Assembly: GCF_006345805.1 (NCBI RefSeq)
Contig: NC_043007.1
Coordinates: forward strand, 53,816,001-53,880,000
Origin: Octopus sinensis
Lineage: Eukaryota
Reading direction: 5' to 3'
Length of the DNA stretch: 64,000 nucleotides
Below are positions 1-12,169 of this stretch, in pieces; the stretch's first letter is position 1, and each line of letters begins with the position of its first letter. The position numbers and the translations under genes are program-made. The notes beneath the pieces are model-generated. The model did not search any database and had not been told where the DNA came from. It was given only the letters and a program-made list of their open reading frames with translations.

Positions 1-743
1 CTTCCAACAGGATGGTTGAACATTTCCACAGGCAACTGAAGGTTGCTCTATGCGCCACTCCTAATCCACAATCTTGGACAGAATTCTTGCCTCTCGTTCT
101 TCTTGGTTGTTACACTGCTGTTAAAATAGACTTAGGTTTCTTCTCAGCTGAACTCCTTTATGGTACCATCCTAGCACTCCCTGGCACAATGTTGTCACCA
201 GACATTTCATCGCATCCTGATCCAACGTCGTATGTCACTAGACTTCACTCGTATTACTCAAGTCTTCCACCCATGCATCCACGTAACCAGTCTATTCCCT
301 CACACATCCCATCGGACATTGACAAATGGACTCACGTTTCTGTTCGGGATGATTCTGTCAAGGAACCTCCCATTTCTCCTTATAAGGGACCATTTTATGT
401 GCTATTGCACTCACCCAAAATTTTTAGTCTCGACATCAATGGTCGGGCAGAGACTGTGTCGGTTGACAGAATTAAAAGGGCACATTTTGAGGTGTCCACA
501 CCCTTCGATGACACCCCAAACACGTCCACCTTTGATCCTTTACAACCACCTACATCCACCTGCACATGCACTTTGACCACACCATCACCTACACCACTTT
601 GTCGCCACTACCTAACACGAACAAACCCTATGTCACCAGGACAGGTTGCACTGTGCATTGGCCCCAAAGACTCACTAGAACTATTTACATCTAACTTTTT
701 TTCTTTTTCTTCATGCGACAGACAATTGTTTCTCGTGTGCTGA
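1..743 (+). mobile_element. Ty3/Gypsy LTR retrotransposon, integrase C-terminal relic
   Basis: ORF 12-743 has MVEHFHRQLK...W.EFLPLVLLG (end of the integrase core) and a GPY/F-like motif (SPYKGPFYVL...VSVDRIK). It continues beyond the window start. Confidence 0.85.
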
Positions 744-952
744 ACAATACCAATGCCTTGTCATTGAACTCTGTAAAATAATATTTTGTGCATGCTCCTT
801 TACATTGCTTGTGATTATTTTTTCTCAGTTTCACATTTTGTATTATATTTTGTACCACATCTTGTTGTTTGTGATTGGTGGGCCATTTTTGCTTTCTTGT
901 GCATGCTCCAGTCATTCTAGTTTTCACACTGGCATTCTCAGTGGGGAGCCCC

Positions 953-1161
953 TGTAGCGTGGCACAAGAAGCCAGCGCCATTTTGTATGAAATCTCGCTG
1001 CGGCTATTGCCAGGTCTGAGACAAGAGCGAGATCTTGCCTACAACCATGTTTGCCATGTGTGAGACCACAGTGAGGCTCTCGTGGGCAACATCTATTTAA
1101 GGAGGTGTATTGAGCAACCCGTTCTTCTCTCACGTTGGCACTCACGCTGAACAACACTGCA
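953..1161 (+). repeat. Putative 3' LTR of the Gypsy element
   Basis: A purine-rich tract (gtggggagcc, 941-950) precedes TGTAGCG at 953. The candidate end CACTGCA (1155-1161) is an imperfect inverted match to the start. No second LTR is present to confirm it. Confidence 0.5.
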
Positions 1162-1399
1162 ACCTAGCAGTTCACAGTGGATTCTTAACCCTCTCTAACT
1201 TTACCCGTTATCTCCAGAGGTAATGTACTTCTCGTGAACGGAGCTAATGAAATACGTGATGACATACAGATGGTCAGGAGCAAACCCCCATGAAATGAGA
1301 ACCAAATAAACAACCATTGAATTGCAACCACTTGTAAACCTCTTCTTCTTTGACTTCCAGAATCCTAAGACTATGAAAAGTAATTGTAATGGGAGAAGG

Positions 1400-3150
1400 A
1401 GATACTCCACAGGTATCAGGAACCTTCTAGTACTATTATAAGTACATAATTGCCTAGATTAATTTGGAAGTCAACAGAGCGATAGGCTGTGCAATCTCCC
1501 TCATACTGCTTGTGTAGCAATGGAGTTCATCTTGAAGGCAGCAATGGGATTTTGGATGCCACCTCTAAAAGCCTTCATAGACAACAGTCCTTTGCACAAA
1601 GGACGATGAAGCATGCAGGATGCTGAAACAGTTGGATGAAGTAGTTGCATCTTCTAGAATGAGGTTCAAACCAAAGACATACCAGAACCTCTCTCTACAA
1701 GAAAGGAAATTAATGAAAAGAATTGTGTTCACAATACCTAATCAAAGTATCCCAAAAGTGACAGAGGAACCAGTCAAAAACCCAGGAAAATGATATGATG
1801 ATACCCTGAAAGATATGAAAAGGGAGATTAAAACCAAACAAATTGTAGAAAGGATCTGCAGGTCATAGACCAGTGTGGCCTCTCTAGCAAATACAGGGTT
1901 TGGTGATTGTAGTTCATGTTAATTCCAAAGCTTCTCTGTTCTCTGCTGGTTTACGATATCAGCACTAGTACAGTTGAGGATATGGACGCCAAAATCAGTA
2001 AGAACACAAGGAAGTGGCTTGGTGTTCCACCAGGTCTCACTAATGTTGCACTCTACTGAAGCTACTTCTCAAGTCCATTGTTGAGGAATACAAAGTCAGA
2101 AGACGCAGAAGACAAGGTTGTTAGGTCAGTCCAGCTCAAGCTGAAGACAGATAGGAAGTGGAAAGCCCAGGAAATGGAAAGCCCAGCTCAATCTGAAGAT
2201 AGACAGGAAATGGAAAGCCCAGGAAGTGGTGGATTCAGCAAAGTAAAGCCCTATGATCAAAGAAATAATGGGATACATTCAGGCCAATAGTCAGGGACTG
2301 GGAGTAACAAAAATGGAATGGTGATCAGAGGCCAAGGAAAAGATCAGAAGAAATTTGATTTTACAAGAGGTGAAAACAGAAATGGATGTCATAAGAATCC
2401 CCAAGGCAGTACAGCAGAGTTAACAGGGCCAGTGAATGATGTGGGTAGGTGCACTCCGGAAGTGTCTCAGCTGGAAAATTTTATCCTTAGATCTGCTTTC
2501 AAATATGAATCTAGTGAAGTGGGGCAAATTAAATAACCCAGAGTGCTCACTTTGCCAAAGTAGTCAGACCATGGAACATGTTATGAGCTCATGCATAACA
2601 GTACAACCCAAAGAAGATGCACATGGACGCATAATCAAGTGCTTAAGGCGATTGCACATGTGATAAGTACGGCAAAAGTAAAATCTGTAGCACCAGATCT
2701 TCCAGCAACATTCTATAAAGCAGGAGGCAGCAAATCATTGTCAGGAACAGCTATGCCATATGGGGCATAGGAGTGGAGTCTTCTGGGCGGTGTGATTTAC
2801 TGGGAATGCTCAGCAGGTCTTTCAGGATCAACAAAGCAACCAGAAATCATCAGGAAGAGTGACTTGAGGTTAGATATCATACTCCATTCCAGTTCATCAA
2901 AGGAACTGATTTTGATTGAACTCACTGTGTCATTTGAATGTAGAGTTCAAAATTGAAAAATACACCAGTTTGGCCAACAGCCTCAGGGAAACCAACTTCT
3001 AGGTCAAGGTTCTTGCCATAGAGGTTGGAGCCAGAGGTTTTGAGAGCAAATCTGCTTATGATCTCATGAAACAACTCTCTGTCTCTGGGAGGAACAGGAT
3101 CAAAACCTTAAAGACAATATCAGGAACAGTTGATCAGTGTTCCAGCTGAA
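1400..3150 (+). mobile_element. Degenerate non-LTR retrotransposon with restriction-like endonuclease (HERO/NeSL-like)
   Basis: RT motif PPLKAFIDN (about 1559-1585), zinc finger ECSLCQSSQTMEHVMSSC (about 2540-2595) and RLE motif LRLDIILHSSSSKELILIELTVSFE (about 2863-2938). Many stops and frameshifts. Confidence 0.7.
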
Positions 3151-3699
3151 GCTGGTCGAGGAGAAATAAAAACGACCACCATACCGTTTGAGGGTAATAT
3201 GTTTGTATTTTAACACTAAGGGAAATAACTTTGAGTGAGTCATGGTGATAGCATTGACACTGTTGACATTTCACTACTTCCATGACTACCAGTATTATTT
3301 CTTATTTAAATATAATCTTGAAAGCAGAAGCAGTGGAGAAGAGTTCCAACTAGATCAAATCTTCATGCAGTTTAAATACGCAAATCTCTGATAGTTAGAA
3401 TGCATCAGCAGAAGGGCACCCAGGGATCATTCTGTATGTGGCCGGTCCCCTTAGAGTGTAAGAAGTTAAGGTCCAAAACATTTACTTGACAGTGATTTCT
3501 TTCCTGATGATCTGTCCAGCTCTCCTGAAAGTTTATTTTTTTCTAAGGGGTCCTTTGGCCACTGCCTTATTACTACTGCCAAACTCAATTACATACTACA
3601 TAATGCTCTTCTCTATCTACCTGACCCTTTGGTACTTCAGGTCAACTGAATGGCAAGTGCTCTACTATTTCTCTACTAATTATCCCTAGCAGTGTGTAT

Positions 3700-4700
3700 G
3701 CATCACAGCTCATCTATCAGAAACAGCAAAGTCAGTAACAAAAGCCATCCTCCACATCTTCACAAAGCACAAACTCAGTGATCCAAATCCTCCAAGTGAG
3801 TCACTCAAAGCTGTACTATGGCAACTCAGGAAACTAGATGACTCTACAACATCACACAAGACAACCATCCAAACTATGAGGAATGCTTTCATGCATCTTA
3901 CTTTTCACAAGCTATCTTAGCTCTCAAATTGCAGATAATTCATTTGCTCCATTGTCAAAAGGATCTGTACCAACTTTCTGAATCTCCCTTTCCTCCACTT
4001 CTAAACCATGGTGAACCTATGAATACTACGACAAGAGAAAGACTCCACCTTTGATGTCCAGGTTGCATCCAACTTCATGCTACACACATTCAGAAAATCT
4101 TCAAAAGTATCCCCTTCTACTCCACCATGCATACACATACACCAAATATGAAAGTACATTTGGTTGCTTTAAACAAACAAAACCAGCAGCTCTGACTGAC
4201 AATGTTCCTTCTACTTATATTACTTCAAATATTTCCCTTGAGATTTAACCTCTGTAGTCACAATTTTTAAAATCTCACTCTGTCTACAGCTATATATCCC
4301 AATCTTTGAAAATACACTATGTGTTCCACTAGCAAGAACAACCCTTATAACCCTGCCAACTACCATCCTATTGCACCCACTTCCAATATCTCACAGGTAA
4401 TGAAGACAACCATTAATGATATTCTCCAGCAACCTGAATGTCTCTCACTCCTCAATAACCACTTTTACAGGTTTCATAAATTTGGATATATTGAGGACCT
4501 ACAATCTTACATCACTCACTACTAAGCTCTTGCTCAACAGAAACTTAGTGGAAATAATGATGACCCTCAACAGCATCAAATTTTTCAATATTAATTGTAT
4601 CTGGTAAGTGAATCTCCTATCCAATCCTATCAACTTTGATGTCTTTAATATTTGGTTCTATCCACCAATCTTTCTTCTATGCTTTCTATCCCTTCAAAGC
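3700..4700 (+). mobile_element. Highly decayed LINE relic (CR1/Jockey-like RT N-terminus)
   Basis: NPANYHPIAPTSNISQVMK in ORF 4319-4525 resembles the NYRPISL...SKVME motif of non-LTR RTs. Boundaries are uncertain. Confidence 0.4.
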
Positions 4701-6794
4701 CATACCATCACTTTCAACAACATCTATTCCTTCTTAACCTTCAGCACCTAAGAGCTCACTCACATACCAAATCTGTATAGACTACATGAAAAAGACCTTG
4801 AAAACACATCCTTCAACAGGGTCATGTTATTTAAAAAAAAAAAAAATGAAAAAAAAATCACTGTATATATCAAGAAAACAGCATTACATTCATCACATTT
4901 CACCACCACTAAACATACATCCACAGATCTTATGACTTCTACAAACACTCACAGTATTTTACTGTACCTAAGGATCTTTCTTGGCAATTGCATTTAAATG
5001 ACTAGCCCTTCTCTTCAGAGATACGAAAATACTAATGACAATTAGCCTTCAGGTGAAATCCATAATGGAATACCACTGCTACACATATATCCAAGACAAC
5101 ATCCAAAGAATGACCTCTCAACTGTTTGGTATAAAGTCACTCATAGATACATTCCAGTTGCTTTTCCACATATGTGCTCTCTTCTCTCTTTGCTATTCTT
5201 TGGGTAGAAATACTTGTCCATAATCAAGTTTTTTTACCATGGGAAAATTTAAGTTCAACACTAAAATTGTATCAGAAATCTTATCAGTTATATAGTACAC
5301 TTGCTTTTCTCACAGCATGACATGTATTCATATCTAGGTTCATTGGGTTTTATCATGACTACAATAAGCACTTATTACACATCTAGAACTGTCTTGTCGA
5401 TTCATTATTTACTTACATGATTATTTTAATCAATAGTGCGAAGTCTGCAAAAAGGAAATTAATTTAGTTTTCTGTATTTTCATTTGATCTAATAACACCA
5501 TACCAGTTTGCAGTTGTTGGTAGGAAAATAGCTAATTTCTCAAAGAGCAAACACAAGGAATTTCAGAATGTATAAGCAACCTACATGTTATGAACCTGTT
5601 TTTGTGAGTAAACCGGTAAGAAAATTTGTAAGGCATCTCAATATGTGTGCGTATGTATCTGTGTCAACATGTGGGTGCTTGCATATGTATCTGCTTGCCT
5701 TTCTTATTGTGCATTATTTGTGTCTTGTACATTTCACAAACTTGTATTTCATTTTGTGTAATGTGTACACAAGTTAATCATTCCTTTAAACACTATTATT
5801 TACTAACTGAATCCCAACCAATCGGCAGTTCTTGGGTGTCTTTAACAAAGTTCATTATGATTTAGGTTACTGTAGTTCATCGTTTATATAAATCCAACAA
5901 ATATTTTTCTTGCAAACAGCAATCTACAGATATTTAAAGTGATCATCATTATTATGAATCAAAGAAGACCATCAAATATTATGGCAAACCCCTTCTTCAG
6001 CTAATTGATTTGTTAAAAAGATATAACTTTTCCAGAAAAGTCCTAAGCAAAAGTCCCATGTTGTCTTCTCTGCCAACCCTGTTACTTGAATTTTGGTGCC
6101 CCCTGTGACTTTGTATAAATCTCTATTGCATTGTAGAATTTGTACCAAAATACACACACACACACATATGATGTATTGGAGCATCTATAGTCTTTTGAAC
6201 TGAATATAGTTAATATTAACTGCTGGCAAATGATGGGATAAAATGTCAAAGCTGTCTAGTAGGATTTGAACTCAGTCACTAAACAATGATATTTAATTAT
6301 TGCTCAGCAAGTTACCATTTGAGAGATAGAAGAGATAGAAGAGGTAAATCGATACAATTTTGTAAAGACTGTAACTCAGAAAATATTTATTTAAACTTTT
6401 AAGAAAAAAGGAAAAACAAGTAATTTTGCAAGTGTCAAATGAATAGGTTTCCAAAATGTTAAAAAAAATAATGTGATGTACATTTGGTTGACTTTAGCTT
6501 AAAAAAAAGGGAAAAAGTAAGAAGTAAATTCCGTTTGAACATTTGTTTAAAAGGTGTAATTATAGGGCGAAAACAAAAAGGGAAGTAGTGGTTTCACCTC
6601 GGAGCGAGGCTAGACGTTGTGTAATAAATTAATGGTAAAGGAATACACGGTTTCATCTTGCAGTGGGAGCGAGATGGTCGGCTCATTTACATTGTAAATA
6701 CATTGATTTCACTTTCATCCTTCGTATGTTTTATGTTCCCGCATCTCTTTGTATGTCCCCTCTGTAATTAGGCCTTGTGCCTGTTATAAAGAAT

Positions 6795-8310
6795 CTCGCT
6801 AGCAAGTCATGCCTACTTTTTTCTGTACGTCGTCAATATTGCAACATACCTTGTTATGTGAGTTCGTTTCCGTGTGCTTTTTCTGTCATTGCATATTTTG
6901 TTTACCTTATTGTTATTTGAACTGTTGTCTGTTTGGAAACAGTAATTTTCGCCCTATGGGGCAAAAAATACTGAAAAAAAAATTCGGTTGTTGGATTATT
7001 TTTCTGAAAATTTATTGAACTGTTAATTTGCCTATTGCTGGGCAGAATTGTTCGGTGAGCAGATTGAGTTAATGGCGTTGTGGTTTAGATGTATCGAGGT
7101 GCCACCAGTGGTGGCAGTCAAAGACATTATGCAATACTTTGTTGATGAAAATGATAAGTAAAATTTGTAAAATTGAAATGTGTTTAAAAAAAAAAAAAGA
7201 ACCATAGGATCTTTTAACTTTGACAGGCAGATTTTTAAAATAATTTAAAATAATATGAAGTTAAAAAGTGTTTTTTAACTTCATTTACTGTAGTGTGTTA
7301 CATAAAACATTTTTTTCTCTTGGCTTTCTTGAGAAAATTCTGTAGTTTGTAAGCTATTTGTTGTTTAATTTCTTGCATTTCAACAATTTCAACCAATCAA
7401 TGACGTCTATTGAGGTGAATACAATTTCTGCCGTAGTTTGTCAACAACATTTTCTGGCGGTGTCATATCAATGTGTCACTGTTATTTATGACATATTTCA
7501 TATCAGTTATGTTTGTATGAATAAAAGATTATCGTTATTAAACTTTTATTAATAAACACATATTCTAAGTTCACAACATATGCAGTTTTAATTTCCCTCT
7601 CTGTTGCACAGATACACACATTACATATTATATATTCGTTTAAGAAACAGATTGGGTTTATTTACATTTCTGAAGAAAAAAAGATACCCTTCCCCCATCC
7701 CTAACCCAAACCCTAACCCTAAAACAGATTGAAATGCAATAGATCGATAATGGGGTCATAATTATGGGTGGACACGAAAGAGGGAACGGTTTTGTTATCC
7801 AGCTCTGTTTACGAATGACCCCCTCAGTTTATGGCCACAGGGTATCTTTTTTGTCATAAATAACAGTGACACATTGATATGACACCACCAGAAAATGTTG
7901 TTGACAAACTACGGCAGAAATTGTATTCACCTCAATAGACGTCATTGATTGGTTGAAATTGCTGAAATGCAAGAAAGTAAACAACAAATAGCTTACAAAC
8001 TACAGAATTTTCTCAAGAAAGCCAAGAGAAAAAGATGTTTTATGTAACACACTACCAGTATACGAAGTTTAAAAGTGTTTAGTTACAAAGAAATTATTAA
8101 AAAAATCTGCCGGTCAAAGCGAAAAGATCCGAACAATAAACTGTACACGATCATGAACTGCATAAACAGTTAAATGACACTTTTTGCGTATGGGCGAATT
8201 ATCACTATATTCATATTCATTCAATTTTCATTTTATGTACCCCACTGTATTGTGTTGTCCGTCTTTGTTCGTCCCTTCTTTCTAAGAGCTGTATGCTTAT
8301 AATAAAGAAT
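6795..8310 (+). mobile_element. ORF1/Gag-only retroelement unit 1 (internally deleted)
   Basis: The 5' leader is similar to 8311-8557. It joins directly to the ORF C-terminus FGEQIELMALWFRCIEVPPVVAVKDIMQYFVDENDK* (7051-7161). The 3' region 8131-8310 ends in AATAAA (8301-8306). Confidence 0.6.
7207..8130. mobile_element. Foldback/MITE-like element 1, long TIRs, 8-bp TSD
   Basis: Termini GGATC...GATCC. Inverted arms about 7207-7493 and 7852-8130. Flanks GAACCATA (7199-7206) and GAACAATA (8131-8138). Internal CCCTAA-like repeats at about 7700-7722. Confidence 0.8.
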
Positions 8311-10150
8311 TCAGCTAGTGTGGCGACGTCTTTTTCGTCTACGACACGGAGTTGTTTTCAGTTATTATCTGTGGTATGTGAGTTCGTTTCCTGTTCTGTT
8401 ATTGTGAATTTTGTTATATTTGTATTTAAGATTTTATTGGGATTTGAACTGTTGTCCTGTGGAAAACAGTAATTTTCACCATACGGGGTAGAAAATCTCT
8501 GCAAATTATATATTGAATTGTGAATTTGTGAAGAAAATTTCTGAAAATTTTTAAGCTATGGACATTCAACCAGCTGTTAGCTATACTACACCAGCAGGAA
8601 GGGTTGCAAATAGCGATGCTGTACGAGTCAAGGAAGTCAAGTTTGACGAAAGAAGACTTAAAAAAGCGAACGAACTAATTGCTAAAGAAGGAAACAGCCT
8701 GAGATTGACTCCCCCAAAAGAAATATTGGAAAAAGCAGTGAAAGAAACGGTTGTTTATAGAACACTGTCGAACAGCAGCAAAACGATTGAATTAGCAAGC
8801 ATTGAAGAAATGGAGGAGTGCCTCAAGGAGGTGAAGCTCCTTACCACGTACTACACCAGAGGTAAGTAGTACGGCACAGTGGAGGTACGGTTTGCGACCG
8901 AAGAAGACGCAATAAAGTGCTCCACTATGCCATTAAGGTCGGATGAGTGGGCACTGCTGCCGACCTATTGTGGCAAACGTGCGGCCAGAATTAGTGTAGG
9001 CAGAGTGCCTCAGAAATAGATGAAACGTGGCTGGTGATGGCAATCTTCTTCAACGTCGAGGAGGAAACCAATGTCCTGAAGGTCACGAAGACAACAGAGG
9101 TGAACTGATTTGGATACGGCCTTGAGGTGACGGTCTAAATCAGCGTCCAGGACCTGTATAAAATTGTGGATGAGATTGTGTTACCGGAGGACGTCAAACT
9201 CCGGGTAGTAGTGGAGGGAAGACCTCCCATCTGCTACCACTGTGGAGTACAGAGTCACATGCAAGCGAGGTGTCCCCAGAAACAAGAAGTAGAACAAGAG
9301 CAGGAGGAGGAGGAGGTGGAGCATGATGTGTTGGCACAAGGCCAGGTAAAGGAAGTAATTGAAGCAGCAGAAGCGAAACACCCAGTCGGAAAGAGAAAGA
9401 AAAAGAGGGAGGATAATACATTATCACCTCAAAAAAGCCCACAAAAAAAGGAGAAAAGGCAATTTGGAGGAGATGCAGATAGAAGGTGCAGAAGTAGCAA
9501 AAAAGAAAATTGCAAAAGAGAGAACAAATGAAAAAGAAAGTATGCAGAAAGGAAAGGAAGCAACAACTAGGAGCAGCAGTAAGATGGACACACAAGTACC
9601 ATGAACATCGGGAGAAAATGGAGATGGAAAGTGGAAAAAGGACATTTGAGGAGGTTGGTGGAATACAAGAAGAGTAGAGAGATAGAGAAGAGGATTACGA
9701 AGATGAAAATGTTATAAGAGTTAAGATAACGGGAAGTGAGGGAAATGAACATACAGAGGACGACAAGGCGGTTTTGCTGGAAAGTGATAGAGCGGATAAA
9801 CTGAAAGAATCGTTTGGTGAGCAGATTGATTTAACGGTATTGTGGTTTAGATGTGACGATTTGCCACCAGTGGTGGCATTCGAAGACATTGTGCAATACT
9901 TTGTCGATGAAAATGGTAAATAAAATTTGTAAAATTGAAATGCGTTTTTTTTTTAAAGTACCATTAACTGTACACGATCAGGAACTGCATAAACAGTTAA
10001 ATGACACTGCGTATGGGGCGCGAATAAGACATTTCATTTTTCTCATTATATTCATATTCATTCGATTTTCGTTTTATGTACCCCACTGTATTGTGTTGTC
10101 TGTCTTTATTCGTCCCTTCTTTCTAAGAGCTATATTCTTATAATAAAGAA
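8311..10150 (+). mobile_element. ORF1/Gag-only retroelement unit 2 (most complete)
   Basis: Consists of a 5' leader, a disrupted ORF 8558-9923, and a 3' region 9924-10150 that is highly similar to 8131-8310 and ends in AATAAA (10142-10147). No endonuclease or RT follows. Confidence 0.7.
8558..9923 (+). pseudogene. L1/Tx1-like ORF1 (Gag-like) protein with CCHC zinc knuckle, disrupted
   Basis: MDIQPAVSY...; RRM-like segment VEVRFATEEDAIK; VVVEGRPPI followed by CYHCGVQSHMQARC (CX2CX4HX4C); Lys/Glu-rich tail ending QYFVDENGK*. In-frame stops (e.g. 8867) and frameshifts. Confidence 0.7.
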
Positions 10151-11778
10151 AAAATGCCTTTTTCGTCTGTGACACGTTGTCTTCAGTTTGTTGCTTGCGG
10201 TATGTGAGTTCGTTTCTTGTTCTGTTTATTGTAAATTTATGTTATTTTGAAGGGAAATACTTTAATTGAAATCGAACTGTTGTCCTTTGAAAACAATAAT
10301 TTTTGTCCTGCGGGTGGAAAAATTTCGGATCTTTTCAGTTTGAACGGCAGTTTTTAACATAATTTCTAGGTAACTAAAAAATTTTAAACTTCGTATACTG
10401 GTAGAGTGTATTTATAAAACATCTTTTTCTCTTGGCTTTATTGAGAAAATTCTATAGTTTGTAATATATTTGGTCTTTAATTTCTTGCATTTCGGCAATT
10501 TCAACCAATCAATGACCGTCTATTGAGGTGAAAACATTCTGTGCCGTATGGATATGTCCCTCGTTTAAGAAATAGATTGGGTTTATTTACATTTTTGACG
10601 AAAAAAAGATACCCTTCCCCCCACCCCTAACCCTAATCCTAACTAACTCTAACTAACCCTAAATCTAAAATAGATTGAAATGCAATAGATCGATACTAGG
10701 GTCATAATTATGGGTGACAATTTCATATGACGCTGCTTACCCATAATTATGACCCTAGTATCGATCTATTGCATTTCAATCTATTTTAGATTTAGGGTTA
10801 GTTAGGGTCAGGGTCAGGGTTAGGGGTGGGGGGGAAGGGAATCTTTTTTTCTTCACAAATGTAAATAAACCCAATGTGTTTCTTAAACGAGGGACATATT
10901 CATACGGCACAGAATGCTTTTTAACTCAATAGATGCCAGTGATTGGTTGAAATTGCAGAAATTGAAGAAATTAAAGACCAAATATCTTACAAACTATAGA
11001 ATTTTCTCAATAAAGCCAAGAGAAAAAGATGTTTTTTAAACACATTCTACCAGTATACAAAGTTTAAAATTTTTTAGTTACCTAGAAATTATGTAAAAAA
11101 CTGCCGTTCAAACCAAAATCATCTAAAATTTCTGTTAATTTTATTGTGAACTGTGATTTTTACGAACATATTTTCTAGAAATTTTCTTGTCATTTGTGAC
11201 AAGTGTGAAGCAATGAAGTAATGGAGACCCAACCAGCCGTCAGCTACGTTGCAGCAACAATAAGGGGTTTGAATAACGACGTTTTGCAAGTGAAAGAAGT
11301 GAAGTTCGAGGAAAAGAGATTGAAAAAGTTTAATGAACTCATAGTTAAAGAAGGAAATAGCCTGAGGCAGAAAGAAGTAATAGAGGAAGCAACTAAAAAA
11401 AACTGTTATATAGAACACTGTCAAACTCAAGTAAAAGGGTGGAAATAGCGACTGTTGAGGCTTTGGAAGAATGTCTTAAGGACATTAAACACCTGACGAC
11501 ATTCTACACCTGAGGCAAGAAGTATGGAACAGTGGAGGTACTGTTTGTGATTGAACAGGATGCAATAAAGTGCTTCACAGTGCCATTGAGTTTGGAAGAG
11601 TGGGCACTACAGCCAACCTACTGTGACAGACGTGCAGCCAGAGTTAGAATTGGCAGAGTGTCCCCAGAAACGATGAAGCATGGCTGGTGGCAGCCATCCT
11701 CTTCAACACGGAAGAGGAAACCAATGTGCTGAAGGTCACGGGGACAACAGAGGTAAATTGGTTTGGATACGGCCTCAA
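10151..11778 (+). mobile_element. ORF1/Gag-only retroelement unit 3 (3'-truncated)
   Basis: The leader is homologous to unit 2 and is interrupted by foldback 2. The ORF from 11221 (METQPAVSY...KEVKFEEKRLKK) is a diverged homologue of the ORF at 8558 and is truncated after FGYGL. Confidence 0.65.
10327..11124. mobile_element. Foldback/MITE-like element 2, near-complete palindrome with telomere-like repeats
   Basis: Arms 10327-10715 and 10739-11124 around a 23-nt loop. Perfect 8-bp TSD AAAATTTC (10319-10326 and 11125-11132). CCCTAA-like repeats at about 10625-10665 are mirrored by TTAGGG-like repeats at about 10790-10826. Confidence 0.9.
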
Positions 11779-11900
11779 GTGGACTATTGTCGACAGGGTG
11801 CTACCATATTCGCCCAGTGCCCATAATTGCCAGCTCTGTCATCTCAAAAGACTGCACATCTTCTACCCACCTGTAGTTTCCATCAACTGGAAATACAATC
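11775..11900 (+). mobile_element. Penelope-like element fragment (C-terminus of GIY-YIG region)
   Basis: KWTIVDRVLPYSPSAHNCQLCHLKRLHI resembles the W.I...A..Y......C.LC..EK..I motif at the end of Penelope-type ORFs. Confidence 0.5.
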
Positions 11901-12169
11901 TGTCCTATTGTTTGTCACCAGACGTATACCCTTCTGGTGAACTTCAAGTCACTGGCCACTGACAACTTGGTATACCACCTTAGTACCACCTGTACTGGCA
12001 GCACCAAGGTCACCATCATCAATCCCATGAGCAGGGCCAGCAACTACCAATCCCCAGTGCATGTGTATGCCTGCCTATCTACACTCGTATATGCTCACCC
12101 ACACCAGTATATATGTACATATATGCACACATGTATAGACACATGAGCACATGCTTATGTACGTACATG

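Noticed and set aside
8321-8328. PBS-like TGGCGACG, suggesting an LTR element with a gag-only interior
   Set aside because: It is not preserved at the other unit junctions, there are no TG...CA LTR ends, and the repeated region covers the whole unit.
10625-10830. True telomere or chromosome-fusion scar (head-to-head CCCTAA/TTAGGG)
   Set aside because: The repeats are short, degenerate and internal to a TSD-flanked foldback element.
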